Shown piece by piece: positions 36,283-46,385 of a DNA stretch of 64,000 nt. The DNA comes from an uncultured Gammaproteobacteria bacterium (GTDB lineage Bacteria; Patescibacteriota; Microgenomatia; UBA12405; JAHJSD01): assembly GCA_964428655.1 (NCBI GenBank), contig CAYRYE010000001.1, positions 376,406 through 440,405 on the forward strand, written 5' to 3'. Under the pieces are notes generated by a model. The model had not been told where the DNA came from. It did not search any database and was given only the letters and a program-made list of their open reading frames with translations. A program made the position numbers and the translations under genes. The first letter of the stretch is position 1. Each line of letters begins with the position of its first letter.

Positions 36283-37561
36283 AAAGCTTCTTAAGAATCA
36301 ATTAGTAAAAGGGAGCGCTGTTCTTTTTGTTGGCAGCACCATTGTTAACCTGGCTAATTATCTTTATCATCTCTTGATGGGCAGAATGCTGGGGCCGGTC
36401 GACTATGGCATTTTAGCCTCGCTAATTTCCCTAATTTATTTACTAACCATTCCCAATACCACCTTGATGTTGGTAGCAGTCAAATATGTTTCTTCTTTTT
36501 TCAGTAAAGGGAGATTGGGGGCAATATCCTCATTTTATTCCTGGTTGAACAAAAAATTGACAATAGTTATTTTTTTTGGTGTTCTATTTTTGGTGTTTTC
36601 GTCTTCACGGATTGCCCATTTCCTTCACTTGGATTCAGCTCTTTTGGTTTTCTTAGTTTCCCTCTTTGGTCTGATTAGTCTTTATGCCAGCGTTAATTTA
36701 TCTGTTTTACAAGGCTTTCTTCAGTTTGGTTTGATTTCTTTGCTAGGTGTAATTCAAGCAGCCGTAAAATTCTTTTTAGGTATTTTGCTTGTTTTTTTAG
36801 GAATGAGGGTTTTGGGCGCAGCACTGTCGATAATTACAGGAGGCTTGATTGTTCTGTTTCTTTCTTGGATTTTGGTTAATCGTTTTCTAAAAGATGGTAG
36901 GAAGAATGATGTTGAGATAAAAGAAAGAAGGATTTTAAGCTACGCTTTGCCTGTTTTTTTATCCACTTTATCTTTTACTTCTCTTTACACCACTGATTTG
37001 GTTTTAGCCAAACATTTTTTGTCAGCCCAAGACGCTGGTTTTTATGCCAGCTTGTCAATGCTGGGTAAAATAATATTTTTTGCCGCCAGCCCTTTGGTAA
37101 CAGTTATGTTTCCCGTAGTGGCTAATTATTTTGAAAAAGGCAAGAACTATATGAAAGTCTTTAATCTTAGCTTTCTTGTCACTTTGTTTCTTTCTTTAGG
37201 AATAACAGCTGTTTATCTTGCTTTTCCTAAATTAATGGTTAAAATGCTTTATGGAGAGAGCTTCCTGCCTGCGGCAAAATATTTGCCAATCTTCGCCCTC
37301 TTTTTAGCTTTTTACTCGCTTTCTTATCTTCTGGTTAATTTTTACCTTTCGATTAAAAAGACAAATATTGTTATCTTTCCTATTTTAACTGCCCTTATTC
37401 AGGTTTTTTTAATTTGTTTCTTTCATCAGAGTCTGGCTCAATTGGTTTGGGTTTCTGTTAGCGTTTTGGGCTTGTTGCTATTGAGCCTCTTATTGTATCA
37501 TTGGCTTAGTGGCGGCAAAAAAAAGAGAATCATTCCTCTCAGTAATAATTCCTGCCTATAA
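36275..37561 (+). CDS. Wzx-like oligosaccharide flippase (MOP family), second copy in the window
   Basis: 428 aa with about 12 TM helices. N-terminus …VLFVGSTIVNLANYLYHLLMGRMLGPVDYGILASLISLIYLL… is typical of PST/Wzx. Confidence 0.6.
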   Translation: MFKKLLKNQLVKGSAVLFVGSTIVNLANYLYHLLMGRMLGPVDYGILASLISLIYLLTIPNTTLMLVAVKYVSSFFSKGRLGAISSFYSWLNKKLTIVIFFGVLFLVFSSSRIAHFLHLDSALLVFLVSLFGLISLYASVNLSVLQGFLQFGLISLLGVIQAAVKFFLGILLVFLGMRVLGAALSIITGGLIVLFLSWILVNRFLKDGRKNDVEIKERRILSYALPVFLSTLSFTSLYTTDLVLAKHFLSAQDAGFYASLSMLGKIIFFAASPLVTVMFPVVANYFEKGKNYMKVFNLSFLVTLFLSLGITAVYLAFPKLMVKMLYGESFLPAAKYLPIFALFLAFYSLSYLLVNFYLSIKKTNIVIFPILTALIQVFLICFFHQSLAQLVWVSVSVLGLLLLSLLLYHWLSGGKKKRIIPLSNNSCL

Positions 37562-38312
37562 ACAAGAGAGAACTATTGCGAAGGACCTTCAAAAGATAAA
37601 AGAAGTGTTAGAAAAAGTCCGCCATGATTATGAAATTATTGTTGTTATAGATGGCCGGGCAGATAAAACTTATGAGAAGGCCCAAAAGTTAGTTTCTTCC
37701 AGGATTAAAGTTTATCAGTATCGCGAAAATAAAGGGAAAGGCCATGCAGTTCGTTATGGAATGGCAAGGAGCAAAGGAGATTTAATTGCTTTTATTGATG
37801 CGGGAATGGAAATTGACCCTAATGGTTTATCCATGCTCTTAGAACATATGTTTTGGTATGATTCGGATATTATTGCTGGCTCAATACGCCATTCGGCTTC
37901 AAAAGTTCAGGGCTATCCTTTAAAAAGAAAAATTTGGAGTTGGGGGTATCATGCCTTGACACGGATTCTTTTCGGGTTAAGAATTACTGACTGCCAGCGG
38001 GGGATAAAAATCTTTAAAAGAAAAGTGTTAGAGAAGGTTTTACCTCGGCTTTTGGTAAAAGCCCATGCTTTTGATATTGAGATACTAGCCGTGGCCAAGA
38101 GGTTGGGTTTTGATAAAATTCATGATGGACCGGTAGAAATGAATGCTGATAAAAATAGATATTCAAGTATCAGCTGGGGAACGGTTCGAGATATGCTTCT
38201 TGATACTTTAGCCGTTTTCTATCGTCTCAAGTTCCTTCGTTATTATGATGACGGCGGCAAGCGAAAATGGCGCTATGATCCGGATTTAAGTTTTAGAGTG
38301 AATGTTGGCTAA
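37509..38312 (+). CDS. GT2 polyprenyl-phosphate sugar synthase (DPM1/GtrB/ArnC-like)
   Basis: LSVIIPAYKQERTIAKDL…YEIIVVIDGRADKTYEKA…ENKGKGHAVRYGMARSKGDLIAFIDAGMEIDPN. There is a 53-nt overlap with the flippase across an A8 homopolymer. Confidence 0.65.
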   Translation: MAAKKRESFLSVIIPAYKQERTIAKDLQKIKEVLEKVRHDYEIIVVIDGRADKTYEKAQKLVSSRIKVYQYRENKGKGHAVRYGMARSKGDLIAFIDAGMEIDPNGLSMLLEHMFWYDSDIIAGSIRHSASKVQGYPLKRKIWSWGYHALTRILFGLRITDCQRGIKIFKRKVLEKVLPRLLVKAHAFDIEILAVAKRLGFDKIHDGPVEMNADKNRYSSISWGTVRDMLLDTLAVFYRLKFLRYYDDGGKRKWRYDPDLSFRVNVG

Positions 38313-38314
38313 TC

Positions 38315-39304
38315 ATGGCCATCGAAGCCTCTATTATCATTCCCGTAAAAGAAATTAATGATTATATACGGGATGAGATAATTCCGGCTTTAAAAAGACA
38401 GACTTTTAAAAATTTTGAATTGATAATTATTCCTGATAGACATGGGGGCTTGGTCCGTTTTCCTTCATTTGTCAGAATTTTTCCTTCATGGCCAAAGATA
38501 GGTCCGGCTTTTAAAAAAGATTTAGGAGTAAAAAAGGCCAAAGGAGAAATTGTTGTCTTTCTTGATGATGATGCTTATCCGGAAAAAGATTGGTTAGAAA
38601 AAGCAATACCTTATTTTAAAAGAGATGAAGTGACGGCTGTTTGCGGTCCTGGGGCGACTCCAGCCAATGATCCTGTTTTGGCCAAAGTTTCCGGTTGGAT
38701 GTGGTCATCGCTTTTGGGCTCTGGTGGAGCCGGAACTTACCGCTGCTGGCCTGGCAAAAAGCGAGAGGTGGATGACTATCCAGCCTTTAATTTATTTGTT
38801 AGAAAAAAAGATTTTGAATCAGTGGGTGGGTTTGATTCCAAATTCTGGCCGGGCGAGGATACTAAATTGTGCCATGATCTAGTCTATAAATTGGGCAAGA
38901 AAATTATTTATGATCCTAAAATTTTGGTTTATCATCACCGAAGAAAAATATTTAAACCCCATCTTAAGCAAATCGGCCGCTATGGATTCCAACGGGGATA
39001 TTTTGTTAGAATTTTGCCCAAAACTTCTAAAAGAATTGGTTATTTTATGCCGACACTTTTTGCGTTAGGCTTAATAATCGGGCCTGTTTTTTATTCTATT
39101 TTCGAGTCAGAGATAATAATTAATTTTTATTTATTTTCACTATTTGTTTATTTTTCGTTATTATTTGGAACAACAATTTGGGTTTTTACTAAAAGCAAGA
39201 ATTTGTTAATAGCTTTGCTGGTAATGCCAACAATTTTTGCCAGCCATGTTTTCTATGGCATTATGTTTTTAAAGGGGTTGTTCAGCAGACTGGAGACTAT
39301 TTAA
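38315..39304 (+). CDS. GT2 glycosyltransferase with a C-terminal membrane-spanning region
   Basis: ASIIIPVKEINDY…FELIIIPDRHGG…VVFLDDDAYP GT-A core. The last roughly 90 aa are hydrophobic. Confidence 0.6.
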   Translation: MAIEASIIIPVKEINDYIRDEIIPALKRQTFKNFELIIIPDRHGGLVRFPSFVRIFPSWPKIGPAFKKDLGVKKAKGEIVVFLDDDAYPEKDWLEKAIPYFKRDEVTAVCGPGATPANDPVLAKVSGWMWSSLLGSGGAGTYRCWPGKKREVDDYPAFNLFVRKKDFESVGGFDSKFWPGEDTKLCHDLVYKLGKKIIYDPKILVYHHRRKIFKPHLKQIGRYGFQRGYFVRILPKTSKRIGYFMPTLFALGLIIGPVFYSIFESEIIINFYLFSLFVYFSLLFGTTIWVFTKSKNLLIALLVMPTIFASHVFYGIMFLKGLFSRLETI

Positions 39305-41017
39305 TAGTTGTTTTGCCTTTTCATTGGCGGGTTGCAGTTCAATAAACTTTTTTAGATTTTCTTCGGCAAGCTTGAAATTCTTTTGTTCAAGATAAATAGC
39401 GGCTAGGTTTTGGTAAGACTGCCAGATATTAGGATTAATCTCAATGGCTTTTTGGTAATTTTTAATTGCTTCGTTGATCTTGTTGGTTTGCCAATAAATA
39501 TTGGCTAAATTATGATAAGCATCGGCATAGCCTGGTTTTAGTTCAATCGCTTTTTTAAATTCTTCAATTGCTTTTTCAAAATTACCGTGACGGCCGTAAT
39601 AATCACCTAAATTATTATGATTTTGATGACTTGAGGGTGAAGTTTTGGCCGCCGCCAGCCAAAGATTATCCTGATTTTTCCAATCACGATTTCTGACAAT
39701 TGTTCTTGTCGTTAAGGCAACAAGAATTAGAGTAAAAATAATCAGAGGTATATTTCTAATCTTCTTTATATCGTTTAGTTTTTTAACTACTATGGCGATG
39801 ACCACAAAGATGCCAATTGAGCCGAGATAGACATACCGTTCAGCTACGAGCCAAGAGATTCCAAACGGAGTCATTGTTGGTAGGAGAGAAATGATAAAAA
39901 ATGACAGCCAAAAAAAGATATGACGATTTCGTTTAAAACTGTAGACAATTATTCCCAAGAAAGCAATTAGAACTCCTAATTTTATAAAATATTCTAATTG
40001 GCTAAAGACCATTTCTGAATGATAAAGAGTCAAATTTTTTGGCCAGAAGATAAGTTCAAGATAGGAAGTAATTGCGATTGGTACTTGGTGTAAAAGATTG
40101 GAAGTTTTGGGTTTTTGGTAAAAGTTTGTTTCCAACGAAGTAATCCTGGTTCCCATAGCTCCGGAGCTGAGAAAATAAAGTCCCCAAAAACTACTTATTC
40201 CTAGAAAAAGGAGAAGCTTTTTCCAATTGGTTTTTAAGTTTTCAAAACAGAGTTCGTAAACAAAGAGAATAATTGGAAAAATAATTGCTTTCTCAGAGAT
40301 AGTGAGAGCCAAGAAAAAACTGGTGAGAGAGAGGTAGATGTATCGGTTGTTTTTTAGGGTCAAGATGTAAGAAAGAATGGATAGCATTATGAAGAAACTA
40401 TACATACAGTGGCCTCCGCCAGAAATCCAAGTAATAGATTCAATGAGAATAGGGTGGACAGCGGCAAGAGAGGCGGCCATGATTGCTGTTATTTTGTCAA
40501 AAAGAAGATAAATAATGATGAAAACTAGACAAACGGTTGCCAGGTGGAAAAGAATATTGGGAAGTCGAAAGGCGATTGGTGATTTGCCAAAAACTTGGTT
40601 AATCAAAAAGTAAAACAGAGGTTGAAAAAATCTCAGTAGACGAAAAGGAGAGGAGGTAACATATGAAATATCATCTATGTTCTTGTTATTAAGAATGCCT
40701 TCTATATCATCAGAAACAAATTCGTTGTTAATGGAATTTGCATATGAAATAAAGACAAGAACGATTAGGACTATTATATAGAGATAATGTTCAATCATCC
40801 ATTGTTTGAAGCCAAATTTAGATAAATTTTTCCTTTTGTCTTCTTCTGTAGATTTTTGTTGTTTGATAAAGCGTTGATATTTTTTTTCTTTCCAAATTTT
40901 TTTCAAATAAGACTGAATTGTCTCGGGAGGAATATCTGAGTCTTTAGCGACTTGGCTTAAACTCATGATCTTAAGTTTTTTTCTTATCTCTTCTTTTTGT
41001 TTTTTTGTAAGATTCAT
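39269..41017 (-). CDS. Integral membrane GT-C-like protein fused to a C-terminal TPR-repeat domain
   Basis: 582 aa. The N-terminus is charged and HTH-like (…MSLSQVAKDSDIPPETIQSYLKK…). About 11 TM helices follow. The C-terminus has at least three TPR units (…AIEEFKKAIELKPGYADAYHNLANIYWQTNKINEAIKNYQKAIEINPNIWQSYQNLAAIYLEQKNF…). Confidence 0.55.
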   Translation of the reverse strand: MNLTKKQKEEIRKKLKIMSLSQVAKDSDIPPETIQSYLKKIWKEKKYQRFIKQQKSTEEDKRKNLSKFGFKQWMIEHYLYIIVLIVLVFISYANSINNEFVSDDIEGILNNKNIDDISYVTSSPFRLLRFFQPLFYFLINQVFGKSPIAFRLPNILFHLATVCLVFIIIYLLFDKITAIMAASLAAVHPILIESITWISGGGHCMYSFFIMLSILSYILTLKNNRYIYLSLTSFFLALTISEKAIIFPIILFVYELCFENLKTNWKKLLLFLGISSFWGLYFLSSGAMGTRITSLETNFYQKPKTSNLLHQVPIAITSYLELIFWPKNLTLYHSEMVFSQLEYFIKLGVLIAFLGIIVYSFKRNRHIFFWLSFFIISLLPTMTPFGISWLVAERYVYLGSIGIFVVIAIVVKKLNDIKKIRNIPLIIFTLILVALTTRTIVRNRDWKNQDNLWLAAAKTSPSSHQNHNNLGDYYGRHGNFEKAIEEFKKAIELKPGYADAYHNLANIYWQTNKINEAIKNYQKAIEINPNIWQSYQNLAAIYLEQKNFKLAEENLKKFIELQPANEKAKQLLNSLQSAEQPL

Positions 41018-41028
41018 GAGAAAATTTG

Positions 41029-41760
41029 TTACCAGGCGTAAGTGGCAAGATGTCTTTTGTTTGCGCTCAGTATGTGTTTATAACCAAAGGTTTTTAATAT
41101 TTTTTCAACTCTTTTCGATGTTGGTTGACTATCTATAATATGATAAGAGGCGATAGCCAATCTTGGGTGGAATTTTTTTAGAGTTTGCGCGGCTCCTATC
41201 AATGCTTCTATTTCCGAACCCTCTATGTCCATTTTAACAAAATCGACGGACCTCAATTTCAGCTTTTTAACCAAGGAATCAAGTTTTATTAATGTTATTT
41301 TTTTCTCTTTTTTGTTTCCGTAAAAAAGAGAAAGTTCACCCGGGCAATTTGAATTTGAAAAAGCAGATTTTTTTGTTTTTCTACTCCAAAGCCCTTTGCT
41401 GACAATAGTCACATTTTTAATGTTTAATTTTTTGAGCCGGTTCTTTAACAGTCTAACGCCTTGGGGGTCGGGCTCTATGGCGATAATTTTACCGTTTTTG
41501 CCAATAAGACGGGAAGCGATAATGGTGAAATTTCCTTCGTAGGCGCCTCCATCTATGACAACCTCCCCTTTTTTAGGTTTACCAAATTTCAGGTATCCGG
41601 AATAAACGTCTTCAACGAAACGGTAAAGCGGTATGGGAAAGAAGAGAAAAAACCAATTGTAAAGATTCCAGTAGTAGAAGGCTTCACCTTCCTTACAGAA
41701 CATTTTCTTGGCAAATTGTATCGCAATAATAGTTAGTTTTGTTTTTAACTTTAGGCTCAA
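41029..41760 (-). CDS. FkbM-family SAM-dependent methyltransferase
   Basis: VVIDGGAYEGNFTIIASRLIGKNGKIIAIEPDP…FVKMDIEGSEIEAL. Confidence 0.65.
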   Translation of the reverse strand: MSLKLKTKLTIIAIQFAKKMFCKEGEAFYYWNLYNWFFLFFPIPLYRFVEDVYSGYLKFGKPKKGEVVIDGGAYEGNFTIIASRLIGKNGKIIAIEPDPQGVRLLKNRLKKLNIKNVTIVSKGLWSRKTKKSAFSNSNCPGELSLFYGNKKEKKITLIKLDSLVKKLKLRSVDFVKMDIEGSEIEALIGAAQTLKKFHPRLAIASYHIIDSQPTSKRVEKILKTFGYKHILSANKRHLATYAW

Positions 41761-41797
41761 GGATTTTTAATTAAGGTAACATATAATTTACAAATTA

Positions 41798-42565
41798 TTA
41801 CTTTTTGATAGCCGAGGCGATTAGAAAATAACCCCGCTTTTTGTCAATAGAACAAAGTAGATCTGACAGCCATCCATATAAAGGCACGTAGCCACGAGTA
41901 AACATTTTTATGTCTCTAAATCCCACTAGTTCTAAACTATCTTGCAATCCTTGAAAGGAAAGTACTTTGATATGGCCAATGGAGCCAGTTAAACCTTTTC
42001 TTTGGCATTTTTTTATCAATTTCTCGATGTCTTTGGCATTTTTTCTTTGTTTCATCAATGGATTGCCAACAAGCCAACCACCAATATCGCATGAAAATGG
42101 CTGCCAGCCAAAAAATAGGGCAAAAAGATTAGCGAAAGAGGCTAAATTTTCTGTTAAAATTATCAGCTGGCCGTTGGGCTTTAGGCAACGATAACACTCC
42201 AGAAGATAAAAAGCGGTGTTATGAACATGTTCTATGTTTTGGCTTGATAAAATAATGTCAAAGTAATTACTCTCAAGCGGCCATTTATAGTTTAAGTCGG
42301 CTTTCAGACATTTTATTCCTTTACTTTTTGCGGCCCTAATTCTTTGAGGGAGTATTTCAATGCCCCAGATTTCTTTAGATTTGATAGTTTTAGCAAATTC
42401 CTTTGTTAATTTTCCATCTGAACAGCCGAGGTCTAAAAATCTATCAACGTTCTTTTTAGTGATTAATTTTTTTCCTAAGGAAATACAATCCTTAACTCCT
42501 TCGTCAAAAGAATTGCGTGGACACAGTTTTACTGCTTTTTTGGCAAAGTTTATAAAAATATTCAT
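41798..42565 (-). CDS. Class I SAM-dependent methyltransferase
   Basis: RFLDLGCSDGKLT…LKPNGQLIILTEN (motifs I and II/III). Confidence 0.6.
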   Translation of the reverse strand: MNIFINFAKKAVKLCPRNSFDEGVKDCISLGKKLITKKNVDRFLDLGCSDGKLTKEFAKTIKSKEIWGIEILPQRIRAAKSKGIKCLKADLNYKWPLESNYFDIILSSQNIEHVHNTAFYLLECYRCLKPNGQLIILTENLASFANLFALFFGWQPFSCDIGGWLVGNPLMKQRKNAKDIEKLIKKCQRKGLTGSIGHIKVLSFQGLQDSLELVGFRDIKMFTRGYVPLYGWLSDLLCSIDKKRGYFLIASAIKK

Positions 42566-42595
42566 CAGCTTAATGTATAATATTTATTCTACCCC

Positions 42596-43645
42596 ATGAT
42601 TGTTTTAAATAAAATAAACCCCTTTTTTTCAATCGTTATTGCCAGTTACAACAGTGGTTCGTTTTTAAAAAACTGTCTGCGATCTATTTATCGATCCAGC
42701 TTTAAGAATTTTGAATTGATACTGGTTGATAATGCCTCAAACGACAATAGCGTGAAAGATCTTCTTCCAAAATTACTCCTGAAACCAAATTTTAAATTAG
42801 TTAGGATTAGAAAAAATGCCGGTTCGGCCGGTGGTAGAATTGCTGGTATTAAAAAAAGCCGTGGTCAATATTTATTTTTTTTGGATGCAGATACGGTAAT
42901 TAAAAAAAACTGTCTTGAAACATTGGCAGAGTTTTTAAAGAAACATCCCGAAGTCGGTATGGTTCACCCGAAACTTCTTAATTTAGAAAGAAAGCAGTTT
43001 TTTGATTGTGCCGGCGACTACTTAGATCCTTTTGGTTTTTTAATAAGCCGCGCTCAAGGGAGAAAAGACGATGGCAGCCTCGATTATATTTGCCCGATTT
43101 TAAGTAGTAAAACAGCGGCGGCAGTAATTAAAAAAGATGTTTATAAAAAGGTCGGTGGTTTTGACAAAGACTACTTTTTTCTCTTGGAAGACACTGATTT
43201 AGATTGGCGCCTATGGCTTAGTGGTTTCTCTGTCTTGTTTTTTCCCAAAGCGGTTGTTTATCACGGCTTTAACACTAGCGAAAAAAATAAAAATAAAAGT
43301 AAGTATTATTCGGAATTTGTTGTTAGATTCTATGGACCGCGTAATTACTTTTTAACTTTAGTAAAAAATTTAGGCACTATAAAATTGTTAAAAACGCTTC
43401 CCCTCCATTTGGGTTGCTGGTTTTCAGTAATAATTAGTTTGCTTTGGAAGGGCAGTTTTAAAGAGGCTTCATATACCGCGGGTGGGATTTTATGGAACTT
43501 AAAAAATCTGCCACTTGTTTTAAGAAAAAGGGCCGTGGTTCAAAAAAACAGAAAATTATCAGATGAGGATTTGGGATTTTTATTTAAGCCACTAGGGGAT
43601 AGAAAACAATATTTTTTACGGCTAAAGTCTTACATCAGTGATTAA
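42596..43645 (+). CDS. Family 2 glycosyltransferase
   Basis: FSIVIASYNSGSFLKNCLRSI…ELILVDNASNDNS…FFLDADTV. Confidence 0.65.
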   Translation: MIVLNKINPFFSIVIASYNSGSFLKNCLRSIYRSSFKNFELILVDNASNDNSVKDLLPKLLLKPNFKLVRIRKNAGSAGGRIAGIKKSRGQYLFFLDADTVIKKNCLETLAEFLKKHPEVGMVHPKLLNLERKQFFDCAGDYLDPFGFLISRAQGRKDDGSLDYICPILSSKTAAAVIKKDVYKKVGGFDKDYFFLLEDTDLDWRLWLSGFSVLFFPKAVVYHGFNTSEKNKNKSKYYSEFVVRFYGPRNYFLTLVKNLGTIKLLKTLPLHLGCWFSVIISLLWKGSFKEASYTAGGILWNLKNLPLVLRKRAVVQKNRKLSDEDLGFLFKPLGDRKQYFLRLKSYISD

Positions 43646-44699
43646 AAAATATATTGCCGTTTTACCATATTGGCCGGTATTTGCACCCAAGAACGAGGAC
43701 TATTTTTTCTTGCCCTCGCTGGTGGCAAAGGTTGCCGGCTATAAATCTTCTCTTTTGATTTATTCACCTAAAAAAGAAGAGGAAGCTAAGAATTATCAAG
43801 GAATAGATCTATTTTTTTGTAAAACTTTTAGAAATTTATATAAAAGTATTTCGAAAGATTCTATTGTTCATATTCAAACAACTTACCGATCATCGCTTTT
43901 GCTTATTCTTCTCTTAACGTTAAAAAGGAAGAACTGCCGGATAATTTGGACACCTCATACTTCTTTTGGAAAAAGATATCCCCTTGGTTTTAATTTTGAC
44001 ATTTTTAAAATTGCCTTCCCTGTTTTTAAAAAAATAGATAAAATAATCGCCATTACTGAATTCGAAAGGCAATATTTGGAGAAATTGGGATACAGAAATA
44101 TTGTTTACACTCCGCTTGTAACAGATGTAAAGAATTTTTCAAGAAATAAAAGACGGGAAAAGACTAAGGAGTTTAACTTTTTATTTATTGGTGGAGGGAG
44201 AAAAGTCAAAGGATTGGCAACAGTTTTGAAAGCATTTTCAGTTTTTGGAAAGTTTGGGATAAACAGCAATCTTTTTATTCTCGGTAGAGTGAGTAACAGC
44301 TTTAAAAAAAAATATTGTGATTTAATAAACAACAAGGTAAAGTTTTTTGGTGTTATAAAGCCCTGCTCTAATCACCTGGTCGATTTATTTGGGAAATCAA
44401 ATTGCTACATTAATGCTTCGTTTCAGGAAGGCAGTCCTCTAGCAGCGTTAGAAGCGGCGGCCTCAGGCCTATTTCTATGTTTACCTGATTTGCGAACACT
44501 AAAAAGCATTTTTGGAGATAATGCCTTTTATTACAAAATTGGCAGCTGGTTGGAGTTAATTGAAACGATGTTTCTTTGTTTTTACAATGTGGAAATTTCT
44601 CGAAAGAAAATTGCTAGAAATGAAAAATTGATGCGAGAGTTTTCTTGCGAAAAATTCGAGATTAAATTTACTTGCCTTTTAAGATCTTTGAGTAGTTAG
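43638..44699 (+). CDS. GT4-family (GT-B) glycosyltransferase
   Basis: …NASFQEGSPLAALEAAASGLFLCLPD… nucleotide-sugar binding region. Confidence 0.55.
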   Translation: MIKKYIAVLPYWPVFAPKNEDYFFLPSLVAKVAGYKSSLLIYSPKKEEEAKNYQGIDLFFCKTFRNLYKSISKDSIVHIQTTYRSSLLLILLLTLKRKNCRIIWTPHTSFGKRYPLGFNFDIFKIAFPVFKKIDKIIAITEFERQYLEKLGYRNIVYTPLVTDVKNFSRNKRREKTKEFNFLFIGGGRKVKGLATVLKAFSVFGKFGINSNLFILGRVSNSFKKKYCDLINNKVKFFGVIKPCSNHLVDLFGKSNCYINASFQEGSPLAALEAAASGLFLCLPDLRTLKSIFGDNAFYYKIGSWLELIETMFLCFYNVEISRKKIARNEKLMREFSCEKFEIKFTCLLRSLSS

Positions 44700-45393
44700 G
44701 TTTTTGAAAAATTGCTTCGTAGTTAACGGTAACTTCTTTAGTGGGAAAAATTTTGTCTAAAAAAGTTGCGGTTAAATTCATAAAAATTATTAGTGGGGAA
44801 AAGAGAATAATATAAGACCAGTAGGCGAGAGATTCTTTTTTTGTAAATAGTTTTGTTGGCAGGGTGGTAGCTAAATAGGAAAGTGTTTGAAATACGCCAT
44901 TTTGAGGCTTTAGATGACGAACTATAAATCCACTTGATTTGCCTAGATATTTTATCCCATACTCGGTAAATCGGAAATAATCATTGGGGGCGCTATGAAT
45001 TTGATAAAGGAAATTGGTGGTAAGAAACAGCAGCCCGCCAGGTTTCAATATTCGATAAAACTCTCTAAAAACTTTTCGCGGCCTTTTTAAATGTTCCAAA
45101 ACTTGAATGCAGAAAATGTAATCAAATGTTTTATCCTTTACAAAAGGCAATCCCTTATTAAGATTACCAGTGATATCCAAGTTTTGTTCTTTATTTTGTT
45201 TCAAGTCATGAGAAAAATATTGAGCCTTGCTGAATAACCGCTTGTAGTTGCTGGCTTGTACGCCGATGTCTAAGATTTTTTTTCCCGAACGGTCACATTT
45301 TTTGGCAGCAGATATAACAAATCTATCCATTTGGTAGTAGAAATTCATAAAAAGAAATTTTATAAAAAGTATGATTTTATCTTTAGTTGTCAT
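44668..45393 (-). CDS. Class I SAM-dependent methyltransferase
   Basis: KILDIGVQAS…LKPGGLLFLTTNF. A 32-nt convergent overlap with 43638-44699. Confidence 0.55.
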   Translation of the reverse strand: MTTKDKIILFIKFLFMNFYYQMDRFVISAAKKCDRSGKKILDIGVQASNYKRLFSKAQYFSHDLKQNKEQNLDITGNLNKGLPFVKDKTFDYIFCIQVLEHLKRPRKVFREFYRILKPGGLLFLTTNFLYQIHSAPNDYFRFTEYGIKYLGKSSGFIVRHLKPQNGVFQTLSYLATTLPTKLFTKKESLAYWSYIILFSPLIIFMNLTATFLDKIFPTKEVTVNYEAIFQKPNYSKILKGK

Positions 45394-46364
45394 GTTTTTT
45401 TACTGAAGTATTTTAAGCCGGTAATAGTTCCCAACCAGCCGCCCAGCCAATTTATATTTTTAGTTTTTATTGCCTTATAAGTCCAATAGGAGTTGAGGAA
45501 TAAAACATAGAGAGAAAACTTAAATACATAACTGGGTTTCAGTTTGAAAATATGAGTAAAATAAAATCGAATAAAATTTTCCATTCTTTCTTTAGCATCA
45601 GTTCTTCTTGAATAAGCGCCGCCTTGAGAAATATGGTGTTTTACTTTTGCCTTAGAATTAAAAACAAGTTGATAGCCTAATTCTTTAACTCTCATGGCTA
45701 AATCTAATTCAGACCACTCAGCCACTTTTTTGTAGTTATAGTCAAACCCACCCACTTTATTTACTAGTTTTTTTCTTAAGGTCATATTGCAGGCTTCAAG
45801 GTAATCAACTTCTCTTAAGCCCTTGATCTTTAAACAACTGAGAAAGTTAGAGCCTGGTGACCAGGCGCCGCTTTTAAAGATTCTTCCCACTTCGTGTTTT
45901 TTTCCTTCAAGAAAGAACCAGTTCCAAAAATTGCCTAATAATTTCCAAATTCCTTTGGAGTAATAAAGAAAGAAAACATCTCTGTTTTTTAAGAGTTTTA
46001 ACGGAATAATGGTTGGGCCGCTGACACCGCCAATTTTTTTGTTTTTAAAAGTGTTAATAATTGCCTTGGCCCAGCTTTTACTAACAATTACGTCGTCATC
46101 AATCCAGGCGACTAGTTTTCCTTTAGCTTTTCGCCAACCTTGATCTCTTGCTCTGGCCAGCTCTTTTTTTCTATAGACAATTTTTTTAATTTTAAGTTTT
46201 TTGGAATATTTGGAGATTACGTGATTGGTCTTGTCAGTTGAACCGCCGTCAATTATTACTGCCTCGAAATTAGAAGAATTTTGTTTTGTTAAACTTTCCA
46301 AACAGTTTTTAAGATCACCGGCCCGATTAAAAGTGCAAATCACTATTGATAGTTTTGGCTTCAT
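45390..46364 (-). CDS. Family 2 glycosyltransferase
   Basis: LSIVICTFNRAGDLKNCLESL…AVIIDGGSTDKT…AWIDDDV. Confidence 0.65.
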   Translation of the reverse strand: MKPKLSIVICTFNRAGDLKNCLESLTKQNSSNFEAVIIDGGSTDKTNHVISKYSKKLKIKKIVYRKKELARARDQGWRKAKGKLVAWIDDDVIVSKSWAKAIINTFKNKKIGGVSGPTIIPLKLLKNRDVFFLYYSKGIWKLLGNFWNWFFLEGKKHEVGRIFKSGAWSPGSNFLSCLKIKGLREVDYLEACNMTLRKKLVNKVGGFDYNYKKVAEWSELDLAMRVKELGYQLVFNSKAKVKHHISQGGAYSRRTDAKERMENFIRFYFTHIFKLKPSYVFKFSLYVLFLNSYWTYKAIKTKNINWLGGWLGTITGLKYFSKKT

Positions 46365-46385
46365 GACTTTAGTATACTAAAAGCG

